Part shown: positions 35,735 through 48,101 of the stretch, in pieces
Layout: every line of letters begins with the position of its first letter
Position numbering within the stretch: the stretch's first letter is position 1
DNA from: Squalus acanthias
Taxonomy: Eukaryota
NCBI GenBank assembly: GCA_030390025.1
Contig: CM059433.1
Location: 7,752,001-7,816,000, forward strand
Direction: 5' to 3'
DNA length: 64,000 nt
Notes under the pieces: model-generated
What the model was told of the DNA's origin: nothing
What the model saw: the letters and a program-made list of their open reading frames with translations, nothing else
Databases searched by the model: none
Translations under genes and position numbers: made by a program

Positions 35735-36660
35735 TGGGGAAAAATTCGCCAGCGACCATTTTGGGGCGCTAACATCGCCTGGGCGCTAAATTTGGCGCCC
35801 GCCGAAAAGTAGCGCCGGCGATTGCTAAATTCAGTTTTAGCGCCCCAAGAGGGAGGCGGTGCGCTAATTCAAGCGCTCCACTTCCGCAATAGAGCGCTAA
35901 CCCCGAATATCGGGGCGATGTGTTCTGCAGCGCTGCGCATTGGGCCACGTAGCGCTGCTGCTTGGAAGGACAGTTCCCCTCAATAAAGGGGAGGACCCAA
36001 GCCCACAACTCTGCGGGGCCCCACCTGGACCGCCAGATCGCGGCACCGACCCCGCGTTCAAAGTCACAACGGGCCGCGACAAGTAAGTCGGCCGATTTTT
36101 TTCCCCCCGCCCGCCACCTCCCCTTTACTTATCGCCCCGCGAGCCTCCTGCAGCTCCGTTCCCGCCCCCTGAATCGGTCGCTGTCATCGCCCGGCGCAGA
36201 TTCAGGGGGCGCGGGTCAATTTTGCAGGCAGGGCGAAAATGGGGTGCAGCGCACGGTGATGACGCTGTCATAAGAACATAAGAAATAAGAGCAGGAGTCG
36301 GCCATACGGCCCCTCGAGCCTGCTCCGCCATTCAATAAGATCATGACTGATCTGATCTTCGACCTCAACTCCACTTTCCCACCCGATCTCCATATCCCTC
36401 GATTCCCCTAGAGCCCAAAAATCTATCGATCTCAGCCTTGAATATACTCAAAGACTCAGCATTCACAGCCCTCTGGGGCAGAGAATTCCAAAGATTCACA
36501 ACCCTGTCATCGCCTGTGTAGCGGAGCGGGGCGCTACCGGTTACCGCCGCCGCTAAACTCCCGCTGAATTTAGTGGGAGTTGTTAGCGGTGCCGCGCCCG
36601 GGCGAAAAATTGTTTGAGGGGGCGCTAACAAGAAGCGCAAATGCATCGAATTTCTAGCCC
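35735..36660. mobile_element. Harbinger-type MITE containing a CR1 tail insertion (36272-36503, -)
   Basis: Ends (T)GGGGAAAAATTCG / CGAATTTCTAGCCC; TSD TAC; CR1 insert flanked by TSD CTGTCAT (36265-36271, 36504-36510). Confidence 0.85.
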
Positions 36661-36784
36661 TACTTTTTTTGCTCTGGTACCTTTAATCACGGGGGAAGCT
36701 CTGTACTGACTACTGGTGGTGAAATCTCTTCAGTGCCCATAAAAAGGGTAACAGGAGTGCTTCAGATTGCAACCTGATGGAGGC

Positions 36785-38915
36785 CATTTTAACCGCTTTC
36801 TCAACCTTCCCTGCCACCTTCAACGATTTGTGCACATATACCCCCAGGTCTCTCTATTCGTGCACCCCCTTCAGGATTGTACCATTTTGTTTATATGTCC
36901 TCTCCTCATTCTTTCTACCAAAGTGTATCACTTCACACATTTCTGCGTTAAATTTCATATGCCACGTGTCCGCCCATTTCACCAGCCTGTTTATGTCTTC
37001 CTGAAGTCTATCACTCTCCTTCTCACTGTTCACTATACTTCCAAGTTTTGTGTCTCCACTACCTCCTCCTTCACTATGTCTATGGCAGCATCCTCTTCCT
37101 TGGTGAAGACAGATGCAAATTACTCGTTTAGTACCTCAGCCATACCCTCTGCCTCCATGCATAGGTCTCCTTTTTGGTCCCTAATCGGCCCCACCCCTCC
37201 TCTTACTGCCCTTTCACTATTTAAATGCCTATAGAAGACTTTTGGATTACCTTTTATGTTAGCTGCCATTCTATTCTCATACCCTCTCAGCCCCTCTTAT
37301 TTACTTTTTCATTTCCCCTCTGACCTTTCTATTTATAGCCTGATTCTCAAATGTATTTGCAACCTGACATCAGTCATACACGCTCTTTTTCTGCTTCATC
37401 TTACTCTCTATCTGTTTCATCATCCAGGGAGCCCTGACTTTAATTGCCCTGCCTTTCCCCCTAGTGGGAATGTACCTCAACTGTACCCAAACTATTTCCT
37501 CTTTAAAGGCAGCCCATTGTTCCATTACAGTTTTGCCGGCCAATCTTTGATTCCAGTTTACCCAGGCCAGATCCATTCTCATCCCACTGAAATTGGCCTT
37601 CCCCCAGTTAAACATTCTTACTCTAGATTGCTCCCTGTCCTTTTCCATAGCTAATCTAAACCTTATGATACTATGATCACTGTTCCCTAAATGTCACCTA
37701 CTGACACTTGCTCCACTTGGACCCACTTCATTCCCCAGAACTAGATCCAGCAATGCCTCCTCCCTCGTCGGGCCGGAAACATACTAATCAAGAAAGTTCT
37801 CCTGAACACACTTATGAAATTCTTCCCCTTCTCTGCCCTTTACACTATTACAATCCCAGTCTTTATTAGGATAGTTGAAGTCCCCCATTATTACTACTCT
37901 ATAGTTCTTGCACCTCTCTGTAATTTCTCTGCAAATTTGCTCCTCCATATCTTTTCCACTATTTGGTGGTCTATAGAATACACCTAATAGTGTAATGGCA
38001 CCTCTATTATTTCTTAACTCTAGCCATATGGATCCTGTCCTTGACCCCTCCAGGATATCCTCTCTCTCCAGCACTGGAGCATTCTCCTTAACCAATACTG
38101 CCACACCACCTCCTACCTTTCCTGCCCTATCTTTCCTGAACACCTTATAATCAGGAATATTTAATACCCAATCCTGCCCTTTTTTGAGCCAGGTCTCAGT
38201 TATTGCCACAACGTCATATTCCCATGTGGCTATTTGTGCCTGCAGCTCACTTACCTTGTTTACTACGCTTCGTGCGTTCACATACATACTCTGTAAACCC
38301 ATCTTAGACCATCCTGTATTCTCTCTTAGTTTGACCCCCCCTAATACCTTACTATTTCTTACTTCAGTGCTCTCTGCCTCTCCCAATCCTTTGAGCACTT
38401 TATTTCCCCTTTCTAATGTTACATCCTGGTGCCCATCCCCCTGCCAAATTAGGTTAAACCCTCCCCAACAGCACTAGAACCCCCCCCCCCCCCCCGCGAG
38501 GATATTGGTCCCAGCTCTGTTGAGGTGCAACCCGTCCGGCCTGTACAGGTCTCACCTCCCCCAGAACCAGCCCCAATGTCCCAGGAATCTGAAGCCCTCC
38601 CTCCTGCACTATCTCTCCAGTCACGCATCCATCTGCTCTATCCCCCTATTTCTATACTCACCAGCGCGTGGCACCGGGAGTAATCAGGAGATTACTACCT
38701 TTGAGGTCCTGCTTTTTAATCTCTTTCCTAGCTCCCTATAGTCTGCCCGCAGGACCTCATCCTCTTTCTGCCTATGTCGTTGGTACCAATATGGACCACG
38801 ACCTCTGGCTGTTCACCCTCCCCCCTCAGAATGTTCTGCAGCCGCTCAGTTACATCCTTGACCCTGGCACCAGGGAGGCAACATACCATCCTGGAGTCAC
38901 GTCTGCGGCAGTGAC
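36785..38915 (-). mobile_element. CR1 LINE with ORF1 SGNH-esterase part and ORF2 endonuclease, internally deleted
   Basis: VCCLPGARVKDV...VVVHIGTNDIG (ORF1); YVNARS...VAITETW...GGGVA...YRPP...MGDFN (APE); jump to the RT C-terminus near 37055. Confidence 0.9.
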
Positions 38916-38921
38916 ACAATA

Positions 38922-39626
38922 GGCGACCCCCACGGGTGTGTACGAGGTGTGTACGCGCCCGTAGGGGCCGCGCAAGTGCCGGTTTCAGGCACTTCAGGGT
39001 TTCAGAATCCTCTTGACAGATCATCCGCCTGCCCGGGAGAAGGGCCTCTGTGGGCAGGGAGTTCCGCTTTCTGCACAACTTTAAAAATCTTACGCCTGGC
39101 AAAAGCATAAGGCCTGATTTTACCAGCATAAGAGTTTAAAAAAATAAAAAAATAATTTTTTTTCACTCATTTATAATTTAAAAATACTTTAAAAAAAGGT
39201 AGGTTTATTTTTAGCCCTGTAAAAAACAAATTATTTTTTTCAAAAAATTAAATTTTTGTTTAAAATATTTAATTTAATGTAATTTTAACTAATTTTAAAT
39301 ACGTGATTAAAAAAAAATGTATTTAATGTTTAACTGTTTTTTAAGTGATCCCCATTCATACTTTTGACAGATCTGTGCGTAGAGACCTGTCAAAAGTGTG
39401 AAGGGGATTCCCTTCTTTGATTGGTTCCCCTTGGCCCATGTGATCCCAGGGACGCTTGCGAACCGCCTGCGCCCCTGGGATACCTGGGCCTCTGAGCGTG
39501 CGCGGACCAGGAGAGGCCCAGGATCGGAAGTCTCGGGACCTACGGAGCCAGCAGGTAAGTGTGTAGATTTTTTTCCGATCGGAGGCATCCGCCCGCAGGA
39601 AGCCTCCGATCGGAAAATCCGGCCCG
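38922..39626. mobile_element. Harbinger-type MITE, left TIR lost
   Basis: Right end GGAAAATCCGGCCC; same family as 17477-17950; AT-rich core. Confidence 0.75.
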
Positions 39627-39762
39627 ACATGTGAGCTGGTTCAGTAATTTTCCTGGATCATCGGGAGTCTAAGGGTTAAAATCAACGACGTAGTTATTCC
39701 AGGGGGACCTGGATAAAGGAAGCATCTCATACACTGAACTTACTGTCACTAAATATATATAC

Positions 39763-40568
39763 GCGGGTTACGGTGGTGTAGTGGTTATTTTACTGGACTA
39801 GTAATCCAGCGAACGTTTGAGAATTTGAATTCAGTTTTTAAAATCTGGAAATAAAAAACTGGTATCAGTATAAGTGACCAACTGGTTCACTCCTGCCCTT
39901 CACCTGGTTTGGTCTATATGTGACTCCAGTCCTACACCAATGTGGTTAACAGAGGAGATTTACAAGGATGTTGCCGGGAGTAGAGAATCTTAGCTATGAG
40001 GAAAGACTGGATAGGCTGGGTCTGTTTTCCTTGGAACAGAGGAGGCTGAGGGGAGACCTTATTGAGGTGTATAAAATTATGAGGGGCATAGATAAAGTGG
40101 ATAGAAATGACCTATTTCCCTTAGCAGAGGGGTCAAAAACCAGGGGGCACAGATTTAAAGTAATTGGGGGAAGGTTTAGAGGGGATTTGAGGGGAAATTT
40201 TCTTCACCCAGAGGGTTGTGGGGGTCTGGAACTCACTGCCTGAAAGGGTGGTAGAGGCAGGAACCCTAACCACATTTAAAAAGTACTTGGATGTGCACTT
40301 GGGATGCTCTAACCTACAGGGCTACGGACCAAGAGCTGGGAAGTGGGATTAGGCTGGATAGCTCTTTGTTGGCCGGCGCGGACACGATGGGCCGAAATGG
40401 CCTCTTTCCGTGCTGTAACTTTCTATGATTCTATGATTCTAACTCTTAACTGCCCTCTGAAGTGGCCCTAGCAAGCCACTCAGTTATATCAAACCACTAC
40501 CAGTGGTTAAGGAAGGTGGCCCACCATCACCTTTTCAGGGCAATTAGAGGTGGAAATAAATGCCAGGG
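39763..40568 (+). mobile_element. tRNA-headed SINE related to LINE family B, split by CR1 39951-40440
   Basis: A-box TGGTGTAGTGG (39774-39784); body matches LINE-B 20215-20284; tail matches LINE-B 23165-23230. Confidence 0.75.
39951..40440 (+). mobile_element. CR1 3' fragment
   Basis: ORF 39968-40243; tail (TTCTATGA)n. Confidence 0.93.
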
Positions 40569-40569
40569 A

Positions 40570-41873
40570 CAACAACAGGAAGAACAACGTGTATTTATAT
40601 CGCGCCTTTAACACAGTAAAACGTCCCAAAAAACAGTGTCAGCTGTGGCTCAGTTGGTAGCACCCACACCAATGAGTCATGAAGGTTCTGGGTTCAAGCT
40701 CACACTCCAGAGACTTACACACAAGAAATTTAGGCTGACACTCCAGTGCAGTACTGCGGGAGTGTTGCACTGTCGGAGGTGCCGTCTTTCGGCATGAGAT
40801 GTTAAACGAAGACCCTGTCTTCTCTCTCAGGTGGATGTAAAAGATCCCCATGGGCACTCTTTTGAAGAAGAGCAGGGGAGTTATCCCCGGTGTCCTGGGG
40901 CCAATATTTATCCCTCAAACAGCATCACTAAAAAAAAATACATGATCATTACCACGTTGCTGTTTGTGGGAGCTTGCTGTGCGCAAATTGGCTGCCGCGT
41001 TTCCCACATTACAACAGTGACTACACTCCAAAAGTACTTCATTGGCTGTAAAGCACTTTGGGACGTCCGGTGGTCATGAAAGGCGCTATAGAAATGCAAG
41101 TCTTTCTTTCTTTCTTTTAAGGCGCTTCACAGGAGCATTATAAAACAAAATTTGACACCGAGCCACATTAGGAGATATTAGGGCAGCTTGGTCAAAGAGG
41201 TAGGTTTTAAGGAGCATCTTAAAGGAGGAAAGAGAGGTAGCGAGGCGGAGAAGTTTAGGGAGGGAATTCCAGAGCTTAGAGCCTCGGCAGTTGAACACAC
41301 GGCCGCCAATAATTGAGCGATTAAAATCGGGGATGCTCAAGAGGCCAGAATTAGAGGAGCGCAGATATCTCGGGGGGGAGGTTGTGGGGCTGGAGGAGAT
41401 TACAGAGATAGGAAGGGGCGAGGCCATGGAGGGATTTGAAAACAAGCATGAGAATTTTAAAATCCAGGCATTGCTTAACTGGGAGCCAATGTAGGTCAGC
41501 GAGCACAGTGGTGATGGGTGAACGGGACTTGGTGCGAGTTAGGACACAGGAAGTAGAGTTTTGGATGACTTCAAGTTTACGGAGGGTAGATCGTGGAATG
41601 CGGGCCTGGAGTGTGTTGGAATGGTCAAGTCTTAAAGACATGGGTGAGGGTTTCAGCAGCAGATGAGCGGAGGCAGCGGCGGAGTTCGGTGATGTTCCGG
41701 AGGTGGAAAGAGGCGGTCTTAGTGATAGCGCGGATATGTGGTCGGAAGCTGATCTCGGGGTCAAATATGACAACCAGGTTGCAAACGGTCTGGTTCAGCC
41801 TCAGACAGTTGCCGGGGAGAGGGATGGAGTCGGTGGCTAAGGAATGGAGTTTGTGGCGGGGGCCGAAGACATT
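40570..41873 (-). mobile_element. L2 LINE 3' part, split by SINE 40635-41117 and ending at MITE 41874
   Basis: LEVIQNS...ITTVLADLHWLPVKQCLDFKILMLVFKSLHGLAPSYL; tail relic at 40570-40630. Confidence 0.9.
40635..41117 (+). mobile_element. SacSINE1-like SINE
   Basis: Head, Deu core and tail. Confidence 0.9.
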
Positions 41874-42716
41874 GGGCTGGATTTTGAACCTGGGGTCGGG
41901 TTGGGGTCGTGAATCACACATTTTGGCTTGTGAACCCGCCTCCATCGAGATGTGGCCAACCCACTGTATTTTCCCTTGATTGACCCTGTTGAGCCCGCCC
42001 AGTGGGCTCAGCAGGCCAATTAAGGGCCACCCGGCAACAGGTGACGTCACAGATTGACATTTCATCCGTCAAGAGCTTTTGACAGATGAAATATCAGCGT
42101 TTGACAGCTCTGTGAAGCTGTCAAACACTCACAATATGATTTCTAACTTCAGTCCTTCCTCTCAGGCTGAGTTAGAAATCATTCCACCACAGAAAACAGA
42201 AGGCTGCAGTTTTTGACAGAACCACGGCTTTCCTGCTTTCTGTGCCGGTGAGATTTCTGACTCCCGAGAACTGAAGGGCTGACACCTGCAGGAGGAAGTT
42301 AAGGTAAGTAAAACTTTTTCCAACACTTAGCACTTACCTTACACACTTACCTCTGCACACATGCACCCATCACTCACCTGCCCACCGGACATATCAACCC
42401 CTCCAACCCCTGCAGACCCACGGTCCGCCCCGATAACTTGGCGTGGTTGCCACCTGTCGGGAAGCCCACATTTCACCTTTTAAAATAGAGATTAGGCAAA
42501 AAACTGCCTGTTACTACCTGTTAACAGGCAGTTAACTGTCACTAATCCCTTCCCGCCTCGGGGAGTCGGGTCTCAGCACAGGTCGGGTACCCGCCGCCAG
42601 CGAAACTGGCATGGAGGCGGGTTGGAGGCGGGATGGGGTCGGGACCCCCGAATCTGCAACTTTAACCCCCCACACGCCTCCAAACCCGCCTCCACGGGTC
42701 ATTGAAAATCCAGCCC
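41874..42716. mobile_element. Harbinger-type MITE (family shared with 51012-51846)
   Basis: TIRs GGGCTGGATTTT / AAAATCCAGCCC; flanks ATT/AAT. Confidence 0.9.
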
Positions 42717-42934
42717 AATGACTCTCACATCCCGAGAATGAATTAAAGAAACACACATATACATGTGTTATATACAAGGTGGCGTAACAACAGAGTTCAA
42801 TTGGAGACGAAATGACTTTAAAAAAAAAACTAAAGGCAGGAGAGGTAGGTATAAAGCTCTACAGTTGGTGTTTGGCAAATCTTCTGAATTGATTAAAATG
42901 CAGTGGCCCTTGTGTTCCTGACATGGGGTCTTCC

Positions 42935-43114
42935 TTAAGCACAGACCACTTCTGTGGTGCTGCTGCAGTCGTAATGCTGTGGAGGACTGACAGCCTGGCC
43001 ACATGTCTCTGATCTTGGCCAGAATGAACTGGCACACAGTAGAGCATCCTCATCCAGTGCACTGATCTCTCTGGATTTGGACTGTACTGACTCCAGGAGC
43101 ATTTTCTCCGCGGC
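42935..43114 (-). CDS. Candidate terminal coding exon of an unidentified host gene
   Basis: After TTGTTTGGCAG the frame reads AAEKMLLESVQSKSREISALDEDALLCASSFWPRSETCGQAVSPPQHYDCSSTTEVVCA*. Non-repetitive, but a second frame is also open and no homology is recognised. Confidence 0.25.
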   Translation of the reverse strand, partial: AAEKMLLESVQSKSREISALDEDALLCASSFWPRSETCGQAVSPPQHYDCSSTTEVVCA

Positions 43115-43894
43115 CTGCCAAACAAGGCTACCCTACAACATCAGTGGGATGAATTACGGCTTTGCGGAACGCAACTGTTCTTGATGGTGGCAAGCAGCTT
43201 GAGCACTTTGCTTTCTTTTAACCAGCTTTTTTTCCCCAGTAATTAACATGAGTGTTTATGTATCATTTTCCACTGGGTATTACCTGCACACACACACACA
43301 TCAAGTCACATTCGGCGGAGGTGTGGCCCCCCCCCACATGCAACCAATTAACCAGGAAAAGGCCTGCTTCACTTCTCATTTGCATAAGCCTATAATGGTA
43401 TACATCTGGAAATGAGATGGGCCAAGGCCCATCTGCAGACGTCCCATTCTAGTACCACCTTTAGCAAATTACACACAAACACATTGCCAGTTTAATACAG
43501 CTGTGTTCTATTAGTAATGCTCTTTTATGTGTCAATCAAAACCCACGATTGAAAATTTGGCCATAAATAAATTAGTGGTCGTCCTTGGCGTTCATTTCGT
43601 GCAAGCTTTTTTTTTGTTGGCTGGATTCAGCCCATGCAACACAACAGTTTAAATCATTTTCACGTTATTACTGCTAGCACGTGGGCTAGCGAATGAAACC
43701 AGGGATAAGTGCCAAAGTCTCTGCATTTGAGGATTCAAATGTGTTAAAGGGTGTCTTGCCAGCGAGTAGGAACAAAAGTTTTATGCTAGGAATGAGCATT
43801 GACGTGAGAAATGAATGATAATTATTGCATTCCACGCACAACTTTCTTTTTTAAGACACATGGATATAACCAGAAATAATGGATCCCACTACTG

Positions 43895-44025
43895 TTAGGC
43901 GAGGGAATCAAGGGATACGGAGTTAAGGCGGGTAAGTGGGGTTGAGGTACAGATCAGCCATGATCTCATTGAATGGCGGAACAGGCTTAAAGATCTAAAT
44001 GGCCGGCTCATGTTCCTATGTTCCA
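43895..44025 (+). mobile_element. CR1 3' UTR fragment
   Basis: GATCAGCCATGATCTCATTGAATGGCGGA...ATGTTCCTATGTT. Confidence 0.8.
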
Positions 44026-44270
44026 TTTAGAACTGGAAATTCAGAATAATCTATTATTGCCGAAAACAACAAAACAAGTAGAACAGCAATATTTTGCTTA
44101 AGTTAAATACTTTTTGTTCTCTTTAAAATATTATAAATTCAGTACCCAGAACATTACAAAACTAACACCCTCAAATGGTAAAGTGAACACTGACGTTGAA
44201 TCCATACTGCCTGCATCCAACACACTAAAATCAGAGACTCATCATTGAAGCATTATAAACTTCTGGTCTT

Positions 44271-44888
44271 GGGGGAAAAATCAGAGCCCCGAAAAGGTTA
44301 GTGCACCCGCGCTGTAAATTGAATGGTAGCGCCCCCAGCAGGAGGCGAGGCGCTACTGGAAGCGCTCCCCCTCCCTCTTGGGGCGCTTCCATTGAATATC
44401 GCGGCGCTATGCTCAACAGCGCCACGCGCGTCGGCACGTAGCGCCGCGGTACTGCAGGCCTCCCTCCCCTGATTAAAGGGGAGGGGCCTAGCACCGCGGT
44501 GGGCCCTGCTGGACCACCGGGGAGCGGAGTGCCGGGAAAAGAGCCCGGCACTCAAGAGGAGAGCCGGGCGGAGCGATCGCGGCCGGCACCCCGCGGTGGG
44601 AGGCCAGAGGGGGGGGGCAGGTGCTGGCAGGTGGCCCAGAAAAAAATGGCCGCACGGCACCTGCCCTTTAATTTGCGCCACCCCGGCCGCAAACACGGCA
44701 CCCTGACCCTGTCGGACAGAGCGTCCGGTGGTAGGTCAGGGGGCGCGAGCCAAGTTTGTGGCCGGGGCGCTGCGCAAGGCGATGACATCATCGGCGGAGG
44801 CGCAGCACCGCGGGGCGCTACCAGCTACCACCGCCGCTAACCTCCCGCCGAATTTCGGAGGAGGCGCAAAGCAACCCAATTTCCCCCC
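44271..44888. mobile_element. Harbinger-type MITE (inverse orientation of the 27041 family)
   Basis: GGGGGAAAAATC...AATTTCCCCC; body is the reverse complement of parts of 27041-27711. Confidence 0.8.
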
Positions 44889-45511
44889 CCCAAGGGGTTT
44901 GGTTCATCAGAGGTTCTCAGTCATCTTTCTTCCTTTCTGGGTTGATATTCGTAACAGAAATATTACTGTGTTTGTATGAAATTCTTCTCTCTGCTATTTT
45001 AAATAGTGGACAGAAGTATTTCATATAAAAACATTAATTGCTAATATCACATAGTGCAATTTCAACCCTATTAACTGCTTTTTCAGCTAAGTGGCCATTT
45101 CTCCAAATTTGATTTGCACTTCCACAATACAGCTAAAATTTTGCACATAGGCCATTTTGCTCGGGCTGTTAGAGAAACTTTAAACAGTTCTGTAATATGA
45201 AACAGGTTTGAAACCATGCCAGGTTGTGCTGCATTGCAGGCAGTTTTTTTTTGCTCTGATAAGATGCCCACTGGAGGCTGGGCTGAGATTACACGGACTC
45301 ATTTCTTGTAGGACCTCTCCAGCCAGCAGAGACTGGAGTGTTCAGGGTGGGTTGGATACCAGCTCGGACCCCAGCGGTAACAGGAAATGATACTGTGCTA
45401 ATCCATTGAATCCCAATCTATCTGCTATTCTGCGACTTGATTTGAATTGCAATGAGATTGAGTTTTATTTTAATGCATGTTTCAGGACATATGGAACATA
45501 TAATATACTAA

Positions 45512-46157
45512 GGGCTGGACTTTGATACTGGGGCGGGCTGGGGGTCGTGTCATCTACTTTTCGTGTTATCCACCCGACTGCAATTGGATGTGGGAGATTG
45601 ATGCGATTTTCACCTAATGGGGCAATTGAGTTCCAGCATGTGGGAACCCATGAACCAATTAGTGTTTTCAGTCTGAAAGTCGCCTCTGATGATGTCATCA
45701 TTGCTGCTGCATTGAAGGTCTGCAAAGACTGCCTGGCCTTTGCTGTGAGAGGACCTGAAGGCAAAATGAGCAGCAGCAGCCCTAGGTCTGCTCCCAGATA
45801 TTTTTGTTCCACCACCACTCCCAGATATTATTATTATTATTACTCCTCCTCCTCCTCCTCCTCCTCCTCCTCCTCCTCCTCCTCCACCTCCACCTCCACC
45901 TGTTAGTCAGCTATTGAAATGTGCTACCGCCAGGTATCACATTCGTGGTTCAGAACAGGCGTGCTTCACATAGAAAAAGGGTTAAAATCACAAAGACCTC
46001 TTAGAGGCGGGACGGAGTCGGGACCAGCAGACACGATTTAATGAAAATTGCATGGAGGCGGGATGGAGACGGGCTTGTGCTCGCCCGCCAGTTTTCGCAA
46101 TTTTAACCCCCCACACGCCTCCAAACCCACCTCCACGGGTCAATGAAAATTCTGCCC
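45512..46157. mobile_element. Harbinger-type MITE with internal (TTA)n(TCC)n
   Basis: TIRs GGGCTGGACTTT / AAAATTCTGCCC; TSD TAA. Confidence 0.9.
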
Positions 46158-46160
46158 TAA

Positions 46161-46645
46161 GTCTCAGCTGTGGCTCAGTGGGTAGCACACTCGCCTCTTG
46201 AGTCAGAAGGTTGTGGGTTCACAGTCCCCACTCCAGGGACTTGAAGCACCATAAAGCTAGACTGACACTCTCCCAGTGCAGTGCTGAGGGAGTGCCGCAC
46301 TGTCGGAGGTGCCGTCTTTCGGATGAGACGTTAAACCGAGGCCCCGTCTGCTCTCTCAGGTGGATGTAAAAGATCCCGGGGCACTATTTCGAAGAAGGGC
46401 AGGGGTTCTATCCCCGGTGTCCTGGGCCAATATTTATCCCTCAACCAACATAACAAAAAACAGATTATCTGGGTCATTATCACATTGCTGTTTGTGGGAG
46501 CTTGCTGTGCGCAAATTGACTGCCGCGTTTCCCACATTACAACAGTGACTACACTTCAAATGTACTTCATTGGCTGTAAAGCGCTTTGAGACATCCAGTG
46601 GTTGTGAAAGGCGCTATATAAATGCAAGTCTTTCTTTTTCTTTTT
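46161..46645 (+). mobile_element. SacSINE1-like SINE
   Basis: Full-length head, Deu core and tail. Confidence 0.92.
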
Positions 46646-46841
46646 TGACTTATCTCACTGATATGTAGACAAATACAGCACCATAAGGGATATTATATGA
46701 TTAACTTAACGTCAGTGCTTGGCACGTTTTCCTTTAGGTGTTACTATTGCCATTTTCATGGGAAAATTCTGCTATGAGCATGAGTAGGTATGTCTGCCCA
46801 ATGGCAGCAGTTATATTAGCGCACCCTCCTATAAACACATT

Positions 46842-47493
46842 GGGCTGGATTTTCATTGACCCGTGGAGGTGGGTTTGGAGGCGTGTGGGGGGTTAAAATT
46901 GCAAAAACTGGCGGGCGGGCACAAGCCCATCTCCATCCCGCCTCCACGCAATTTTCATTAAATCGTGTCTGCTGGTCCCGACTCCGTCCCGCCTCTAAGA
47001 GGTGGGATAGGCTGTTAAGGCCCTTAACAAGCACTAAATTGCCTCTATAATGCCATTTTGAAAGGCCTTTGTGATTTTAACCCTTTTTCTACGTGAAGCA
47101 CGCCTGTTCTGAACCATGAATGTGAAACCTGGCGGGAGCACATTTGGCTGGATGGATGGATGGATGGATGGATGGATGACATATCTGGGAGTGGTGGTGC
47201 AAAAATATCTGGGAGCAGACTTTGGGCTGCTGCTGCTCATTTTGCATCCAGGTCCTCTCACAGCAAAGACCAGGCAATCTTTGCAGACCTTCAATGCAGC
47301 AGCAATGATGACATCATCAGAGGCGACTTTCAGACTGAAAACACTAATTGGGTCATGGGTTCCCACATGCTGGAATTCAATTGCCCAATTAGGTGAAAAT
47401 CGCATCAATCTCCCACATCCAATTGCAGTCGGGTGGATAACACAAAAAGTGGATAACACGACCACAACCCGCCCCAGTATCAAAATCCAGCCC
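46842..47493. mobile_element. Harbinger-type MITE, inverted copy of 45512-46157, with internal (GGAT)n
   Basis: TIRs GGGCTGGATTTT / AAAATCCAGCCC; TSD ATT. Confidence 0.9.
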
Positions 47494-47496
47494 ATT

Positions 47497-48101
47497 GGCT
47501 CCAAAGTTCCTTGGAACGAGATCCCAGCACTTACTTTAAGATGGTGCCCACTGGGTGCCTCCAGCTTGACCCTTTCAGGCATCTCTGCCACCTGCCCCAT
47601 GCGACTGGAAACTCTGGCATTTCACTGCCACTGTGGGTGGGTTCTTCCCCCCCCCCGTCCCCCCCCACCAACTATGGCCACGTCCTCATCAGCCCCTTGT
47701 GTAAGAGGGTCAATCCGTGTTTCTGTTTTGAAAAAAACCCCAAATTGAGTCATTTCTTTGGGGGCCTAGGCCACTCGCCCAGCCACACTCCAACTGGTGT
47801 GGCTGCCGTCGTCCATCCGAAGGCTCATACGCCCCAACCCACTTGGCGTATTGACCTCCGGCGATATGCCAGTCCCTACTGAACCAGCGGAGCGGGAAGT
47901 GCCATTGTAGGGTGTCCCTGCCCCGGAACTCCACCCCCTGTTCCCTCGACAGCAGTTGCCTTGTTAGAGGCAGGCAGGGCTCCTGCCCCGAGAAGGCAAG
48001 TCGGAAACTCTCAGATACAGCAGAGAGCCAGCACAACCATGTTAATCTTCCGGGAACCCAGCAGAAGGAGACTGGTGGATTCCTCAAGGAATTTTGCCCC
48101 C
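47497..48101. mobile_element. Degenerate Harbinger-type MITE
   Basis: GGCTCCAAAGTTCCTTG / CAAGGAATTTTGCCCC; related end at ~58186. Confidence 0.5.

Noticed and set aside
43378..43396. Octamer ATTTGCAT plus TATAAT, resembling an immunoglobulin promoter
   Set aside because: No leader exon, V segment or recombination signal sequence found downstream.
45465..47748. Repeated ORFs KYLGAD...LLLLIL in two places
   Set aside because: They are translations of two copies of the same non-coding MITE.
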